Shown: positions 47,061-61,119 of the stretch, piece by piece
Layout: each line of letters opens with the position of its first letter
Numbering within the stretch: position 1 is the stretch's first letter
From: Podarcis erhardii
Taxonomy: Eukaryota
Strand: one strand, 5' to 3'
Length of the DNA stretch: 64,000 nt
Assembly: GCA_964252035.1 (NCBI GenBank)
Contig: OZ176204.1
The notes under the pieces: model-generated
Told to the model about the DNA's origin: nothing
What the model saw: the letters and a program-made list of their open reading frames with translations, nothing else
Database searches by the model: none
Program-made: the position numbers and the translations under genes

Positions 47061-49632
47061 AGCCACTTGCAAATTACAAGCCTCAGTTACCTGTGTTTTA
47101 ATGGGCTATGTACTTTATATTGTGCTTATATTTCATTGTTAATCCTTGGCAGAAATAAAATATGACCACTTGACTTCACTAATGCAATTTTCCGATACAC
47201 TATCAGAACAGCAATTTTACTTGAAGTGCTCATATGACTTAACAGAATGAAATGATGGTGTGGAATTTTTCCCAAATTGAAGGGGAAAATCTCTCTTTAA
47301 TAAGAGAGCTCATTTTATGCTGAAATGAAACTGAGGCACTGGTATTCAACTTAGTTTTAATCAGAGCAGACCCACTGAAATTATGACTTAGAGCCACTGA
47401 TTTCAATAGGTCTACTCTGAATAAAATTTAGCTGAATACTACTTACTGTCAATATGTTTTGCTAGTACAGCATGAGGGTGAAGAGACAGAGCTGTGGATC
47501 ATGGAACCCACAGATCAAAAGTTGTCTCTCCGGTGAACAAAGCTTCAGGTCCCTACAAGCAGAATTGGAATAGAAATTTTGACCTATTTTATAGCCTACA
47601 AAGACAATTACAATAATGTATGTGGAAGACTTTTGAAAAGTCTAAATAAACCACTACATACAGGCTAAGTATTATTACTAGCATTTTTCATTGCCTCATC
47701 AGCTTTATCAATCAGTCATGGCCTTGTTCACTAGTGCTCCCAAATCCCAATTATAGACACATCTTGCTCAATCCATGAGACTTCAACTTACCTTTGCTGT
47801 AGGTTTAAGTTTAAAATGTTTCTGTTGAGAGGATAGCAGTTCTATACTGTAGATTGCATTATTTTTTCATTTATCACCATCATCAACAACAATAATAATT
47901 TTTACTTGTTAGTCACTTGCTACATAAAGTCTCTAATCAACTTGAGACATAGGCATGGCATAATATCAGGAACATAACAATAAAAACCATTATAATGACT
48001 CATGTGCCAGCTTAGCAAAACAGCAAAAACAGAGTGGTCAAGTACAACATATGCAGGAGATAAGCATCTGATTAGCTCTACACAATCAGTGAACTCTACT
48101 CCACATTTTGTCAAAACTGACTGATTGTAAATATCTTAGGTGCTGTAGTACTATAAAACAGTGCAACTACTTTTGATGACTGGCCCATGACTAATTTGTG
48201 TGTTTTTTATTTAACACATTTTTTATATAGCTTGATTGTAATTAATCTCAAAGCAGTTTAGTACACCTCACCCCAAGGAAGCCACCCTACACATTTGTAA
48301 AGAATATATTTCAATCAAATTTATTATCATAACTATGCCTGTAGTAAGCATGTATCAAATTACAATGCAATCATTTTCGCATTTTTCCTGAAGGGGAATA
48401 CTAATGTCTAAGTATTTGGAAAATGTGATAGCCCCCCACCAGAAGTTGTTATTTTGAAATAAAATATCTGGATCCCATTCAGAGAGAAACAAACAACACA
48501 CAATGATTGTGCAACAAGATGGACCAAATATGTTTCAATTTTACCATCAATATTAGATCAGATCTGGTGCTCTGTGACTATGTCATTCAGCAGTTACCCC
48601 AGTTTAACCCCTCTTTTCAAATATGCCAGCATCCTTTCTCTCACATTTTTCATTTCATCTAGTCTCTAGCAAATAGTGAGACACCATGATTGAATATTTT
48701 GCTTTCTTTTATGTTTGTTAATTTTAACGCTATGGGCTTTTTCTGCTATAAGAGAAAAACTCATAAAAAGCACAGGGATTGATCTTTTATTTTCCGAGAT
48801 ACTCAATATTTGTAACTCCACAGGAAACCAAGTTGCCACACTACAGTATTAGAAACATGATTAAGGACACATAACAAAAGCCTCACTCCAGTTTCCCCTT
48901 TGGCAAATTGGGTTTAGAGTTGATTTTTTTTTCCTCAGGACTTCTCTCGGCTTATATAATTGCATAATATTTTCCGTATTATTCTCTATCCCCTTTTTAA
49001 TACAGCTTTACAACAGCAGTGGCCTGAGTATGTTCAGCAGAAGAGGCTATATCCCAGGTACCACAATTCTAGACAATAAAAATATCATGGTTGGTAGCAG
49101 TAAACATATTTAGGTAGAAAACCCCACAAGAGCTTATAATGAGGAAATTTTAATTTATTATATTTGATATGACAGCCTTCAGATGGCCACCAAAAGAATA
49201 TATAGAACATTTATAATATTAATAATAGCTTTGATAGTGTGCTTTGCTTAAATATTAAACACATATTTGCTAAAGTTACAGAACACACCTCTGAATTTCA
49301 GAAAATTAATACTTGCAGTGCTCCTTCACTATCAAACTAACCACTAGACCCACAAATAAACCTGAGAAGTCAAAAAGTTTGGCTTACGTTTCTAAATTAT
49401 CATCAAAGAAGGATTCAACATTAATTTTTGTAGGTAATCATTGTCGTACAATGGAAGCAGTGGCAAACCTGGCTCTCCAAAGTTACTTTTCTCAGAACTG
49501 CATGTTTAAAGACCCCCTCGGCTAGCTGCAGGTAGCGTCTGGTCCACTGCCAATGTGTCAGAATCTCTAAACATCATCTGAACTACAGATAAACAAGCAT
49601 CCAACAGTTTTGTTTCTTTTCATTTTCAGAAG

Positions 49633-50110
49633 ATGAGGACAGAAGCGATAGAAGGCAACAACACCAAACCTAGTGCTCCTCTCCTGGCCCAACGATACCC
49701 AAGAATGGTCACCAAAGATGGACACAGCACACTACAAATGGATGGTGCCCACGGGAAAGGCCTGGCATACCTAAAAGATGCTTGGGGGATCCTTATGGAT
49801 ATGCGCTGGAGATGGATGATGCTGGTATTTTCTGCTTCTTTTGTCCTCCACTGGCTTGTCTTTGCAGTTCTCTGGTACCTACTAGCAGAAATGAATGGGG
49901 ATCTGGAGATCGATCATGATTCTCCACCTGAAAACCACACTATTTGTGTAAAGTATATCACAAGCTTTACAGCTGCTTTTTCTTTCTCACTGGAGACACA
50001 GCTCACTATTGGTTACGGCACAATGTTCCCAAGTGGAGACTGTCCAAGTGCAATTGCCCTGCTTGCTATACAAATGGTACTGGGTCTGATGCTGGAGGCC
50101 TTCATCACAG
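49633..50110 (+). CDS. KCNJ13: KCNJ13 / Kir7.1 inward-rectifier K+ channel, first coding exon
   Basis: [22 protein letters not shown] (M1), [15 protein letters not shown] (filter plus Kir7-specific Met at codon 131), M2 up to EAFIT(G). Acceptor TTTTCAG at 49629; donor GTAATT at 50111. Confidence 0.98.
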
Positions 50111-51049
50111 GTAATTCCATACTATTTCATAACCTAGTGCTTTTATGTTATAGTTTAAATAAGAGCTTTGTCATAAAGCTACAGTAAGAAAGCAAGGATA
50201 GGGCTATGTCACTCAGCATTCTGAAAAATACTGTTCTTTGACGAGGATGTATTTCCATTTTACAGTAGGAAAAGAATTATTAAATAGCAACTTGTACGAA
50301 ACATCTAAATAGGTGATTCAGTTCTTCCCAAATGCATGCTTTAGTTCAAAAACCTTTTCTTACATTATTTTAAAAAGTGTGATTAGTTAGGAGAATTAAC
50401 TGCCCATACACATTTGCATAGTTTAAAGCTAACAGATGAATCCTTAGCAGCTTTACCAAGACATGAACATCTACATAGTTCAATGAAGTATTACCATAAG
50501 TATGCTTAGGACTGCAGCGAAAACTTTTTACTGATAAGTTTTCAATGAATATCAGAGAATTTTCAAACCCTGCTATGTTTTATTGAAAATAATTTTAAAT
50601 GAGTTAATAAATAAAACTGTTCTATATTACTAAAAGAAAATTTGCTATATAATAAATGAAGCTTATAACAAAATAAACCTACTAAGAGATTACTTAGCAG
50701 ACTGTTAGCCTGAAATGCTAAATCATAAAGCAGAGACTGTGGGTCTTATTTTGTCAAAAGCATATGTGATTATTCAAGTTCACAAAGATGGTGGAAAATA
50801 TTTTAATGAACACCTGATTTAAAAAACATTTACTATAAAAAGTATTTTTGTGGTTTAGGAAATTAATGTGATGGACCTGAATAATGTGGGAACCATCATT
50901 AAAAATGTGAAATACCTATGCTAATAATAAATGTTGTGAACCTAATACAGTGCAACTTGCTTTAATTGTTTCCTTTCAATATACTATAAAGGGAATCAGG
51001 AAACTATAATTACACGCACAATCTATATGTAAATTCTCTTTTTATTTAG

Positions 51050-51669
51050 GTGCATTTGTAGCAAAAATTGCCCGTCCAAAGAATCGAGCTCTCTCCATCC
51101 GGTTCACCTATTCTGCTGTAGTGACACACAAAGAAGGAAAGCCATATCTAATGTTCCAAGTGGCCAATACTCGCCCAAGCCCACTCACCAGTGTTCGGAT
51201 TTCTGCAGTTCTTTATGAAGAACAAGAAAATGGTCAGTTGCATCAAACCAGTGTGGATTTCCATCTAGACAGCATCACTTCAGAAGAGTGCCCTTTCTTT
51301 ATCTTTCCTTTAACCTATTATCATCCCATAACTCCATCTAGCCCTCTAGCCATTCTTCTGCAAAGGGAGGCTCATCAACATTTTGAGCTAGTAGTCTTCC
51401 TTTCTGCCACACAAGAGGGCACTGGAGAAACATGCCAGAGGAGGACATCCTATCTTCCATCAGAGATCATATTACACCACCATTTTGCCTCCATGTTGGT
51501 TCGAGGTGCTAAAGGGGAGTATCAGATCAAGATGGAGAATTTTGACAAGACAATCCCAGAACTTCCAGCTGCAGACTCTAAAAGTTCAAAGAGGACTGAC
51601 ATGGAGATCCGCATCAATGGGCAGCACATTGACAGCTTCCAGATCTGTGAGACTCATCTGACTGAATAG
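51050..51669 (+). CDS. KCNJ13: KCNJ13 last coding exon
   Basis: TTTAG acceptor; (G)[18 protein letters not shown]...[12 protein letters not shown]...[12 protein letters not shown]. Joined CDS is 1098 nt, 365 aa. Confidence 0.98.
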
Positions 51670-54209
51670 ACTTTGAATGTGATGCCAGCTTGTTTTCGTT
51701 TTCAACAATTGGATTAGACTACCACACCAATGTTTTCACTTTCCTCTCTATTTTATTGTGCTCTTTTTGTTCTCTCAATATCTTTGACTTCAGAACAGTT
51801 CACAGAATAAAGAGCATAGCATCCATGTAACTGGATGAGCCACTGGAGTAACTGCACAAAAACAGAGTCAGGGACAAGAAACACTGCACAAATTATGGGA
51901 AAACAGAACTGCTACCTGCTGAATTCACTAGACTATGATTAAAACTGCACTGACCCTGAAACAAGAGACTTCCAGACTCAAGACAGCTTGTCAAAATTCT
52001 AATTAAATGACATTAAGGTAAACACTGTGGCATTGTAGTAGAACTAAGAAAAAATTCACCTGAAAAGGCCAAGATCCCTCAGATCTGTTGAATCAGTCCT
52101 CTCGTGCTATACAGTTACAACAGAATATGCTGATGTCTAAACATGCTATGAAGAATGTTGCTAGTATTTTCTGTGGCAATGAAGTTGCAATCCTGCTGTG
52201 CTTGTTTATTAAGGAAAATCACAAGCATTTGCTGAAGCTTTGTTCCAGCAGCTAAGAACAAGTTCAACACCCGTAGGCACTTTCGTGATGAAAGTGAATG
52301 GCAAGAATTTTTACATGTATTAGACTTAAACATTCTATATTGGAACTATTTTCATACGGATAAACATGCAATAAATTTAGCAGACAACAGGAATTCATCG
52401 ATCTCTTTTTGCAATTCTCCTCTCAAGGATAATCAACACCTCACGTCTGCCTTGTTGCAAGTCAAAATCTAATTACTCCTGACATCGGAAAGATCCACTG
52501 CTTCCCACATTTATTGCAGTTTCTTTCCAAAATAACCATTCAGTTAATAAAAACAGAGATAAAATGCATGACTGTGTAAAATAATTGTACAAACATGAAT
52601 ATAATTATGAGACATTGAACATAAGGCTCTATGCCACGTTGAATCATGATTATTACCAGAACCAATTACAAGAACTAATGGTTGTTGTTGTTTTTTTAAA
52701 AAATTAAAATGAACCAAGTTTTTAAATGGTCCAGAGGGCCACGTTTATGGCTTCTTCACATTTGTTTAGCTAAGGGCACTAACTACTCTGCACTCAAAAC
52801 CAAGGAAGAGCATCATCAAAATCACTAAATACTTGTATGTTCAAGGATAATTAAAAGGCTCTTCTCAGAAAACATTGCATAGGTATCAATACTTTACTTT
52901 AATACTGACTTGTGGTTATGAAGAGCCTGGCATTTTTTAGCTCTTGAATGTGGATAAACATATTTATATGTATATACTAGTGTGGATGTTAAGATTTGTT
53001 ACCAAATCATAGAGTATTTTCTAAGAAACTCTCTCTTACTTCTCCCAAATCTAAAAAATGGTTTTGTGCCTGATTATAAAGATTTGGATGTTGTGGTCAA
53101 CTGAGACATGGTGGGGCTATGAAACAATCAGCTGGTCCCAATGGTGCTAGCTGCCAATTCACAGCTGCTAAAAGGCAACTCAAAGAACCAGCATTTTACT
53201 AACATTACTAATGTTGATGTTCTATGTAAGCAATACTAGAGTAGTCAGCATATACGCAGATGGGAATAAGTGTATTTTTGTAACTGAAAGTAAGAAAGCA
53301 GGGGGTCATGCAATCTCTGTGTTAGAAATAGTTCGTTTTTGGAACATAATCACATCACAGCACTAGACCCTTGTGATCTCTTACACTGTAAGACATACAG
53401 GGTTGTTGAACTATTTCTTCCCTTGTCTGTGCCGAGGCTTTAATCTTTTTATTCACAGTGTACTGTAATAATGGATTAGCCCAATGCAGAGACCGGAGAG
53501 TAATAGCAATCACTACCTTGGATTAATATACATTAAATTGTATTTGTACTCACTTTATTCTTTGTCCAGCATAGTCACTTAAAAAAATTCTCTTGCTTTG
53601 ACAGCATTATTAACCACACAAAGTGAAGCTTATTTCCCCCCCTCCCCAATTCTCTAATATTTAAATTTTTTTGGGAGGCCCCACAGCTTAACGTATTCCA
53701 TGTGCACAATAAAACTAATGCAAAACTTCACTCAAAAACTGAACAATCCAGTCGGGATGTAATGTACTTGCAATGTACTTTTCTACATAAAAAAAGGGTA
53801 TGTGCTGTGCCTTTATGGGTTTTTCCTGCCACGTTAGTTCAATTTAGAGGGGCAAATTATCCTTGTAAGCCAATAGTTTTGTGTGCAAGGTACTGTAGGA
53901 CTGATATTATACTACTGCTTCAAAAATTCAGGAAAGACAAGCTGCATATATTTAAGTACAATATACAGTACAAGGTATGCAGTTCAGTTAGACCACTTCA
54001 GCACTGAGCATATTGCTAGAAATAAGCTGCCAATAGACAAAACCTACAGCTAACCATCCATATTAAAAACAAGCATCTTAGCTCCCAACAACCATCTGCA
54101 TCCTACCTCCACTGCACTCTCCGTTGGGACACTGCAAACTGCAACAGGTATTTCTTCTACCCATAACTTACTAAAAAAACATGAGCAGAGATTGGCAATG
54201 CTCACATGT

Positions 54210-54605
54210 ATCACTCAACCATGGCTAAACCATGGTTTAGCATTACAAACCACAGCAAGCTTCAGACTCACCTCTCCTCCTCAGGTGCAGCCATGAGGAA
54301 GGGTTGAGAAACTTTCATTTCAGATTTAGACTTCAACTTGTTGTGGTCCAAATGTGGACAAACTGTGGTTAGTCTTAGCCATGGTTAGTGGAAACAAGCC
54401 AACTTCAATCCATGAGTTATGAAGTTGGATTGTTGTCACCAGCTTCAATTAAGACTGATCACAGTTTGTGGTTCAGATAAAATGCTAAACTGTGGTTAAT
54501 AAAAACATATATGGAAGCTTCCTCCTCATGGTCATGGAAGAGGAGAAAACACAAGCCCTAGGTTTGCCATGGCTTGAACTCATACCACTAAACCATGGTT
54601 AGCTT
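54210..54605. repeat. Palindrome-rich non-autonomous repeat with AACCATGGTT motifs
   Basis: Repeated AAACCATGGTT(T)AG / AAACTGTGGTTA units; related degenerate copies near 55310-55560 and 22560-22640. Confidence 0.45.
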
Positions 54606-56487
54606 TACAAGCCATCTCTTGACAAGTTAGATGCCTATACAAAACCCCACAAAGTCCTACAGCTTCAGTGGGATGGACTTTGGGTATCATAATTTTGAAG
54701 ATTAACCTATCTTACAGAAATGTGGAAGAAAAATTTGAAAAGGAATTGTAAATCATCTTATGCCCTGAAATGCCTTATAAAAACGATATAAATTACTTTT
54801 AGGAGCCTAAATATTAACTCATAGCTATAGAGAGAAAAATGTTATTAAGTTCAGACAGTGTCCAAGAAACAAAATGATTTAAATCTATGTATGACTGAAA
54901 GCCAGAGGAATTGGAAATATGCCTTCTAATTCTGTGTTACCAACGTCGTAAGAACTAAAATAGAACAGCACAACAAAATAACTTAGATGCTTTAAAGGGG
55001 ATTCAAAGGGGATTAAAACAGATGGCGATTCATACAATTTTCAAGTTTTGATCACCATAGAAATCTGGCACTGTTACAAAATTCAGAGTATATATATTAG
55101 AAGAATCTCCTAACAAAGAACAGCAAGCTGCAGTTAAGCACTCAAATCCTATTCACTTTCAGAAAGAGTGCTTGGTGGCTATTAGCACCTTTAAAATTCC
55201 TCAGAAAAGCCAAGTTCCTTTCTTCAACTTGAGAAACCAGTTCACCAAAAACGTTAGGAAAACAACAGGCCCCTATTTCACAATACAAATGACCTAGTTC
55301 ACACACAGTGATAAACTATGGTTTAGCATGATGAGGATGAGCTGCAGTAAGTCTTGGGCTTGCACATTTTTATCTTCCCAAGCATGGCCACATCTATGAT
55401 TAATGAAAGTAAGCTAGTTTCATAGCCCATGGTTTGAAGTTGTCTTGTATAGTTAACACTAACTTGTAGTTTGTTCAGGTTTGAAGGTCACCATAAGCTA
55501 TGATTAGTTTAAAACAAAAGTAAAAGCCTGAGGCTCACTCTCATAGCACTGTGTAGAAAGGGTGAGGTGCAAGTTTCTCCTCTCAATTCCTTTCTCATTT
55601 TTTCAGAGAACTAGGAAACAGGGGAAGGGGCAGGAAGAAACACAGGCTATCTGCACTGTAGGTTGCCTGTATATAATAAACAAACTCCTATAGACACCAT
55701 CATTTTTTGGACTACCTGATCCAACCCAACGAGTTGTAACTTTTATGCAACTGGGGTGGGGGAATTATGGACTAACTGGGAAGGGGCATTAGAGAATTGT
55801 TTTTTAAAATGTTATCTTGCATTACACTGCAAAAATGCTCAGAAAGAAAACTACTTGAGACGTAACATGGCATAATCCAAAACTTTACTTTGGTCTTATC
55901 ACCACTGAATGCATCCAATGGCTTGCCAGAGCAAATTTCAGCACACAATTTAGCAAGTAATTTTTAATCCCATTGACCTCATTACAGCCCAAAAATTGGC
56001 TGTGTGGCAGAGCAATCTTGTAGCATGACCAGCTCTAATGGGCATATGATTCACTATGTACCCCAGCCAACTTGAGGTCATGTGAATTGACCCTTAAAAT
56101 AGCCTGCTGCTTTCAACAAGATGTGTATTATGGAAAAAAAACCCAAAGTTTTTTGGTCACTAAAAAATAAGAAAAGTTCAGTATTGTGCTTTAAAATAAT
56201 TATAATGTAACTCTAAATGAAGTAGTACACAATTTATAACTCCCCCCCCCCAAAAAAAAACCTCACTCTCTCCAATTCATACAGGCCAGGCTCTAATCCA
56301 ATTCCTAAAAATGTTGGCCTATTTTGTAAAAGCACATATCTAATCCCATTTCCTAAAGATGCTGGCCTATGCGTGCATATGATTTTGATAATTTCAGATT
56401 TAGACACTGAATCTCAATTTCTTACTAACAAAACAAAATATAGATATCCATACCATTTAAAAAAACAACAAAAAACAACCCACATAC

Positions 56488-56528
56488 CTGGTTCTTTTCG
56501 GCCTGGTTTTTCAAACCGCCTGTCCCCC
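56488..56528 (-). CDS. GIGYF2: GIGYF2 exon (in-window 4), 41 nt
   Basis: (R)GDRRFEKPGRKEP, TTTTTAG acceptor and GTATGT donor. Confidence 0.95.
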
Positions 56529-57746
56529 CTAAAAAGGCAAAATAGCAAATTACCAAAGCATTTGGAAACACTTAAGACAGGGAATGGATCACAATTATTT
56601 CTGTGATGTACGAATAACAAGTTGAAATAATGTTTATTAATAGCATACTCTGGACAGAATATATATACAGATATAGGTATCAGAACAGGTAACAAAAGTC
56701 ATTCTGAAGACCAACCTTTAAAAACGTGTGTTACTGGTGTATTTCTACTATCCATTTGTTTTGTTATATTATTGAAGTTCTTAATAATATTTGTTACTGT
56801 CAATGCATGCATCCTATTTTAGTGCATACTAATGTTCCACGAATATCAATCTATATTAGCTTGATGACACTAATTTACTTGTCTCATTTTAAAAAATCTG
56901 ATCTTGATCAAACTAGGGTAAGTTTATAAAAATATAACACATATGAAGGGAAATCCCCACTGGTTAACTAATTTTTGCTTGTTGGAAAAATATAGCTGAT
57001 GTTTTCTCTCTCAGCATTTCAGGAAGACATCAGGAAGAATTAATTTGACCTTTTTGAGTCACAATTTGTGGATCAATTTATTTCAACCCAGTAGAATACA
57101 GTTTAGTTGCTTTAGGTTAGAATCCACTGTGCTGCTTAAGATCATTCAAGTGGTTTGTGCTAGCCCAATACAATTTGACTTGCCCCCACTCTTTGAACAG
57201 TTAAATCAAATGCCATTAACACAAACTGCTTTTGAAATTCTCCCTGGTTTCAAAAGCATTGCCTTGAAGCAGAGGCATTTGCTGTTGAGAGAAATAAGTC
57301 TAAAGTCCTCTTCTGATTACAGATCTAATTCCTTAGTTCTTTGGATACTGACCATAATCTCTTCTCTCCTAAGCAGGTTCAATTCTTCCTTGTTCTCTTA
57401 GTAATTCCAGATAAGTACTAAGCTATGATGTCATGAAGGCTACCAATTTCAGATCTTTCTTAAATTCTACAAGGGATAATTATGTTTTGTAACTTGATTT
57501 CATGAATCATCAATATCATCCAATAGTGCCCTGGTTCAGTTAGCTTGTTTAAGCATTTTTACCCAGCTGTTCTTATAGAAGGCTCTGTCACTCATTTTAG
57601 ATCTTAGAACTTCGAAATTTATCGAAATAGCTGGACCTCTATAGCCATTCCGTACATTAATCAAGGCAAAACTAGTTTGCTATTAAACATACTTTCAAAG
57701 GGGAGTTGCTGCCAACCCTGGCTCCCCGGCAGGTGTAGTATACTCA

Positions 57747-57906
57747 TGCTCGTGGCGAAATAGGTCAGTGCATTTGGTTGTTAACTAGAAGGTTGGTGGT
57801 TTGAGCCCACCCAGGGACAACTGTAGGCAGCATTCCTGCATTGCCAGGGGTTGGACTTGATGATCCTCAGGATCCCTTCGAACTCTACGATTCTATGAAA
57901 TCTATG
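57747..57906 (+). mobile_element. SINE with tRNA-Asn-derived head and CR1-derived tail (Squam3-like)
   Basis: Head GTGGCGAAATAGGTCAGTGCATTTGGTTGTTAACTAGAAGGTTGGTGGTTTGAGCCCACCCAGGGAC aligns to vertebrate tRNA-Asn(GTT) with many CpG transitions. Tail is GGGTTGGACTTGATGA...AACTCTACGATTCTATGA. Confidence 0.85.
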
Positions 57907-58047
57907 CTCACAAACATGGTGGCCACATCTGTGACAAGACTTCTAGAAGGACAAACTTTAGAGCAGCCAGGATTCTACCAACATAACAAGTAATCTGAGC
58001 TTCACAACAGATGCAGTCCATGCCAATGTATATGTTTATTGAATTAC

Positions 58048-58159
58048 CTTTCCTCCCAGCTCTGGGATCTGTGCATTTCTCTGCCCCCTCCTCGTCCAAA
58101 TCCACCTTCTACATCATCAAAACTTCTTTGGTAGAAACCACTTTCTCCTCTACCTCTGC
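58048..58159 (-). CDS. GIGYF2: GIGYF2 exon (in-window 3)
   Basis: (G)RGRGESGFYQRSFDDVEGGFGRGGGREMHRSQSWEE(R), 112 nt. Confidence 0.97.
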
Positions 58160-60568
58160 CTGAAAGACAAAATATGGTTGAGATCTTATAAATTTTACCA
58201 TTTTCCTTTGGAACCAACAAGACCAAAGCTGATTTTTGCACTTTGCCAAAGTGCCAATCTTAAGTGCCAATCTTTCTTCAAAGTGAGCTCTTAGGGAGAC
58301 CAATTAGAAAATGCACATTGTTTGATTTTTCATAAATCATAGGTTTATAGCAAAGCAGGTGCTGTCTTACATGACAGGTAACTACTGGGCCATGGGTGGA
58401 ATCCGAACCACAGAGAACCATCAGTTGGTCCAGAGAAAGTGTTGAGTGCTCCTGGCATTTGTCCTATTATGACTGGAAATTCTATAAAACAGAATCAATA
58501 AATGATGTTTCTTCTTCCTCAGTCACCAGTAAATATTAAGAAAACAAAACTAATAAAGTGAGCAAACACTTAAACAAAACACTGACACTACCTCTTTTAC
58601 ATCTTTCTTGTACACCATTTATTATCACTCCACTTTAGCTGAAGGACTGCAACTTTCCAGTCATATTTGCGAGCTCAGTAAGAATTTAAATTAAAAAAGG
58701 AAAGGAATAATCATGTGTGCATTGCTAGGCAACCACACAAGCATTCCTTCTAATTTCTGAGTTACTCCCATTTTCTGCTCCCCCACCAGCATGAACCCTG
58801 CTGGAAAGTTATGCAGTTGTCACTTCTTTTAAAAGTAGTGGCAGAAACAGCACAGGACTTACTAGCACAGGCGTATGGCCCAATGACAACACTAGTAGTA
58901 CTAGATTGCCAAATACTGTTGCTACAGTAAAAGGTTTTAAGTGAGGAGCAATTTAATACAAAATACACTTTTCCCCAGCACTCAGTTAGGGCACTCTACT
59001 TTAGGAACATTGGCAGAAAATACTACAAAACCAAATATGCACTGGGGAACATCATCAAAGTATGCTTGCAAGGTTGAAAATTTAAGCATAATCACTGCTA
59101 GATTATTTCTTTTTCATATCTAAAGATCTCCTGCAAGAAGGTCACAGTAAAAATGAGTAAAGAACAGCACAAGCATGATTCTATAGAAAGCCTACAAAAC
59201 TGTCATTTGCCATCATCCTTTAAATAAATGCCTGTTGAAATTTTTGTTTATGCTACCCAGTTTATGTAGACAATTAAGAAAACATATTTCTGCAACAGCT
59301 AGTTGATGGTCTATTATTTAAATGCTTACATGGTTACTATTGTGTACAGATACTGTTTTTTATGATATAGCGGATTATGATTTTTTTTATAAATAAAGAA
59401 ATAAAAACAATATTATTTAAAACAGGGATGGTTAACTTATGGGTGACATACGGCCTAGAAGAGAGATACATAACTAGTAAAATGGTCTTCCAACAAGACC
59501 CACCAAAATGTTATTTTAAAAACCTGACTGCTCCTATGAATCCCTCGCTGTGATGCCATATGGCAAAAGGCTTTTTGTGGCCCCAAGGCACTCCAAAATT
59601 TTATTTTAAAAGAAATTCCTAATTTCAACTTTTTAAAAAAACAAAACAAAATTAACTTAATAACCTTTTTTACAGACTGCTCCCATAGATATCCCACTGT
59701 GATACCAAAAGGTTTTCTGGGCCTTCCAAATATCAACGTTTTATTATTATTATTACATTAAAAAATAATACTGACCACTCCAACAGGTTCCCTGCTGTGA
59801 TTCTGTGATGCTAAGTTTATAGCCCTCCCCACTACACCCAAAATGTGTTCATTTCTATAATAACAAAAAATGATCACAAATGCTTTGAAGCTCTTTTCAT
59901 TCTTTTAAATTATTGCCTTAAGTAGTTTTTGTTCTACACTTCTATGCTACAAATATATCTATGACCAGCACCATGCAGTCTGTTAAATGAATTCAACTAT
60001 TATGTCTACATTTCTTGCAGGTTGTTGTAACTCTTTTACATCTGTTCATTCTACTACCTCACACTGCAGAGGAGGTCTAAGATGACTATGTGGGCCATTA
60101 AGGGCAGAAATTGTTATCATTTTCCCGTTTTTGTAACATGCAGATGGCTTGATATATTCTACTTATTTATCCAGTGAACTTAAATATTTTAGAGTAAGAG
60201 TTGTTATCTCAGCTCCTACCTTAAAATCCTCTAAATATTGTTTTTCCTTCACTAAATCCAGGAATATTGGTCAAACATTGGGAAAACAAAGCACAGGATG
60301 TGTATGTATATTGGAACTTCCTTAATTACTTTGCAGTGCTGCAGCCCTTACCTTCTCTCATGCTAGGACCCAATTCTATCCTATGTGTTTTTGGATAGGT
60401 TCTCTCTCTTACTGGCTTACTTTATTTTTTGTAACATTTATCCCATCTTTCCTTCCAAAGAAAGAAAAGCCATGGCAGATTCTAAACCCCAACATCTTTA
60501 TACGGGGTTAAGCAGTTTAATTCTAAAATGTAACATTGACACTACTTTACATTCACAAAGCCTCTCAC

Positions 60569-60677
60569 CTCGGCCTCTAGAGGAACTTCGACCTCGAGGA
60601 GTCCCTACCACCGTTCCTCCACCTCGTCCCATCAATCGTAGGACAGCAGCACTATTTACAGACATAGAGAAATTTCT
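60569..60677 (-). CDS. GIGYF2: GIGYF2 exon (in-window 2)
   Basis: RNFSMSVNSAAVLRLMGRGGGTVVGTPRGRSSSRGR, 109 nt. Confidence 0.97.
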
Positions 60678-61119
60678 CTGCCGAAAAGAAGAAACACGGT
60701 GAGGGAAATATTTTGTAACAATACTATCATAAAATCAGACCTATCTCCCCTGCCCCGTCAAAATTCCAATGTATTATTCAGCAATTTTCAAGCTACGTAA
60801 GTATTGCTGGTGAACTTCTGAGATGACAATTTCCTTCAATTTTCAAACATCAAAATGAGCTTTTTGCATATGAATGCTCTAGAATGTTTGAACAGTGTTT
60901 GACTCACTAGTAGAATATATGTAAAAGGAAAGAGCCCATGTTCAATCTTGTTAAAAAGGATCTCAAATATACAGCAGGGCTAAGAAATAATTCTGATGAG
61001 ACCTTGAAAAGTTGTTGCCAGTAAAAACAGCAAGTACTGGGTCAGATAGACCAACAGTCCAACGCACTACAAGATGGCTTCACGTGTTCATCATGTTTAG
61101 AATATTAATTACGCAGTTA

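Noticed and set aside
51670-53800. KCNJ13 polyA site
   Set aside because: Several AATAAA candidates (near 51806, 52371, 52545, 53708) cannot be ranked from sequence alone.
57040-57700. Possible decayed L1 ORF1 remnant on minus strand
   Set aside because: No motif could be read confidently.
57747-57819. tRNA-Asn gene
   Set aside because: Many stem-breaking CpG transitions and direct fusion to a CR1 tail; it is a SINE head.
58590-58680. Possible cassette exon after a pyrimidine tract in the 58160-60568 intron
   Set aside because: Weak GAG acceptor, ambiguous boundaries and no other support.
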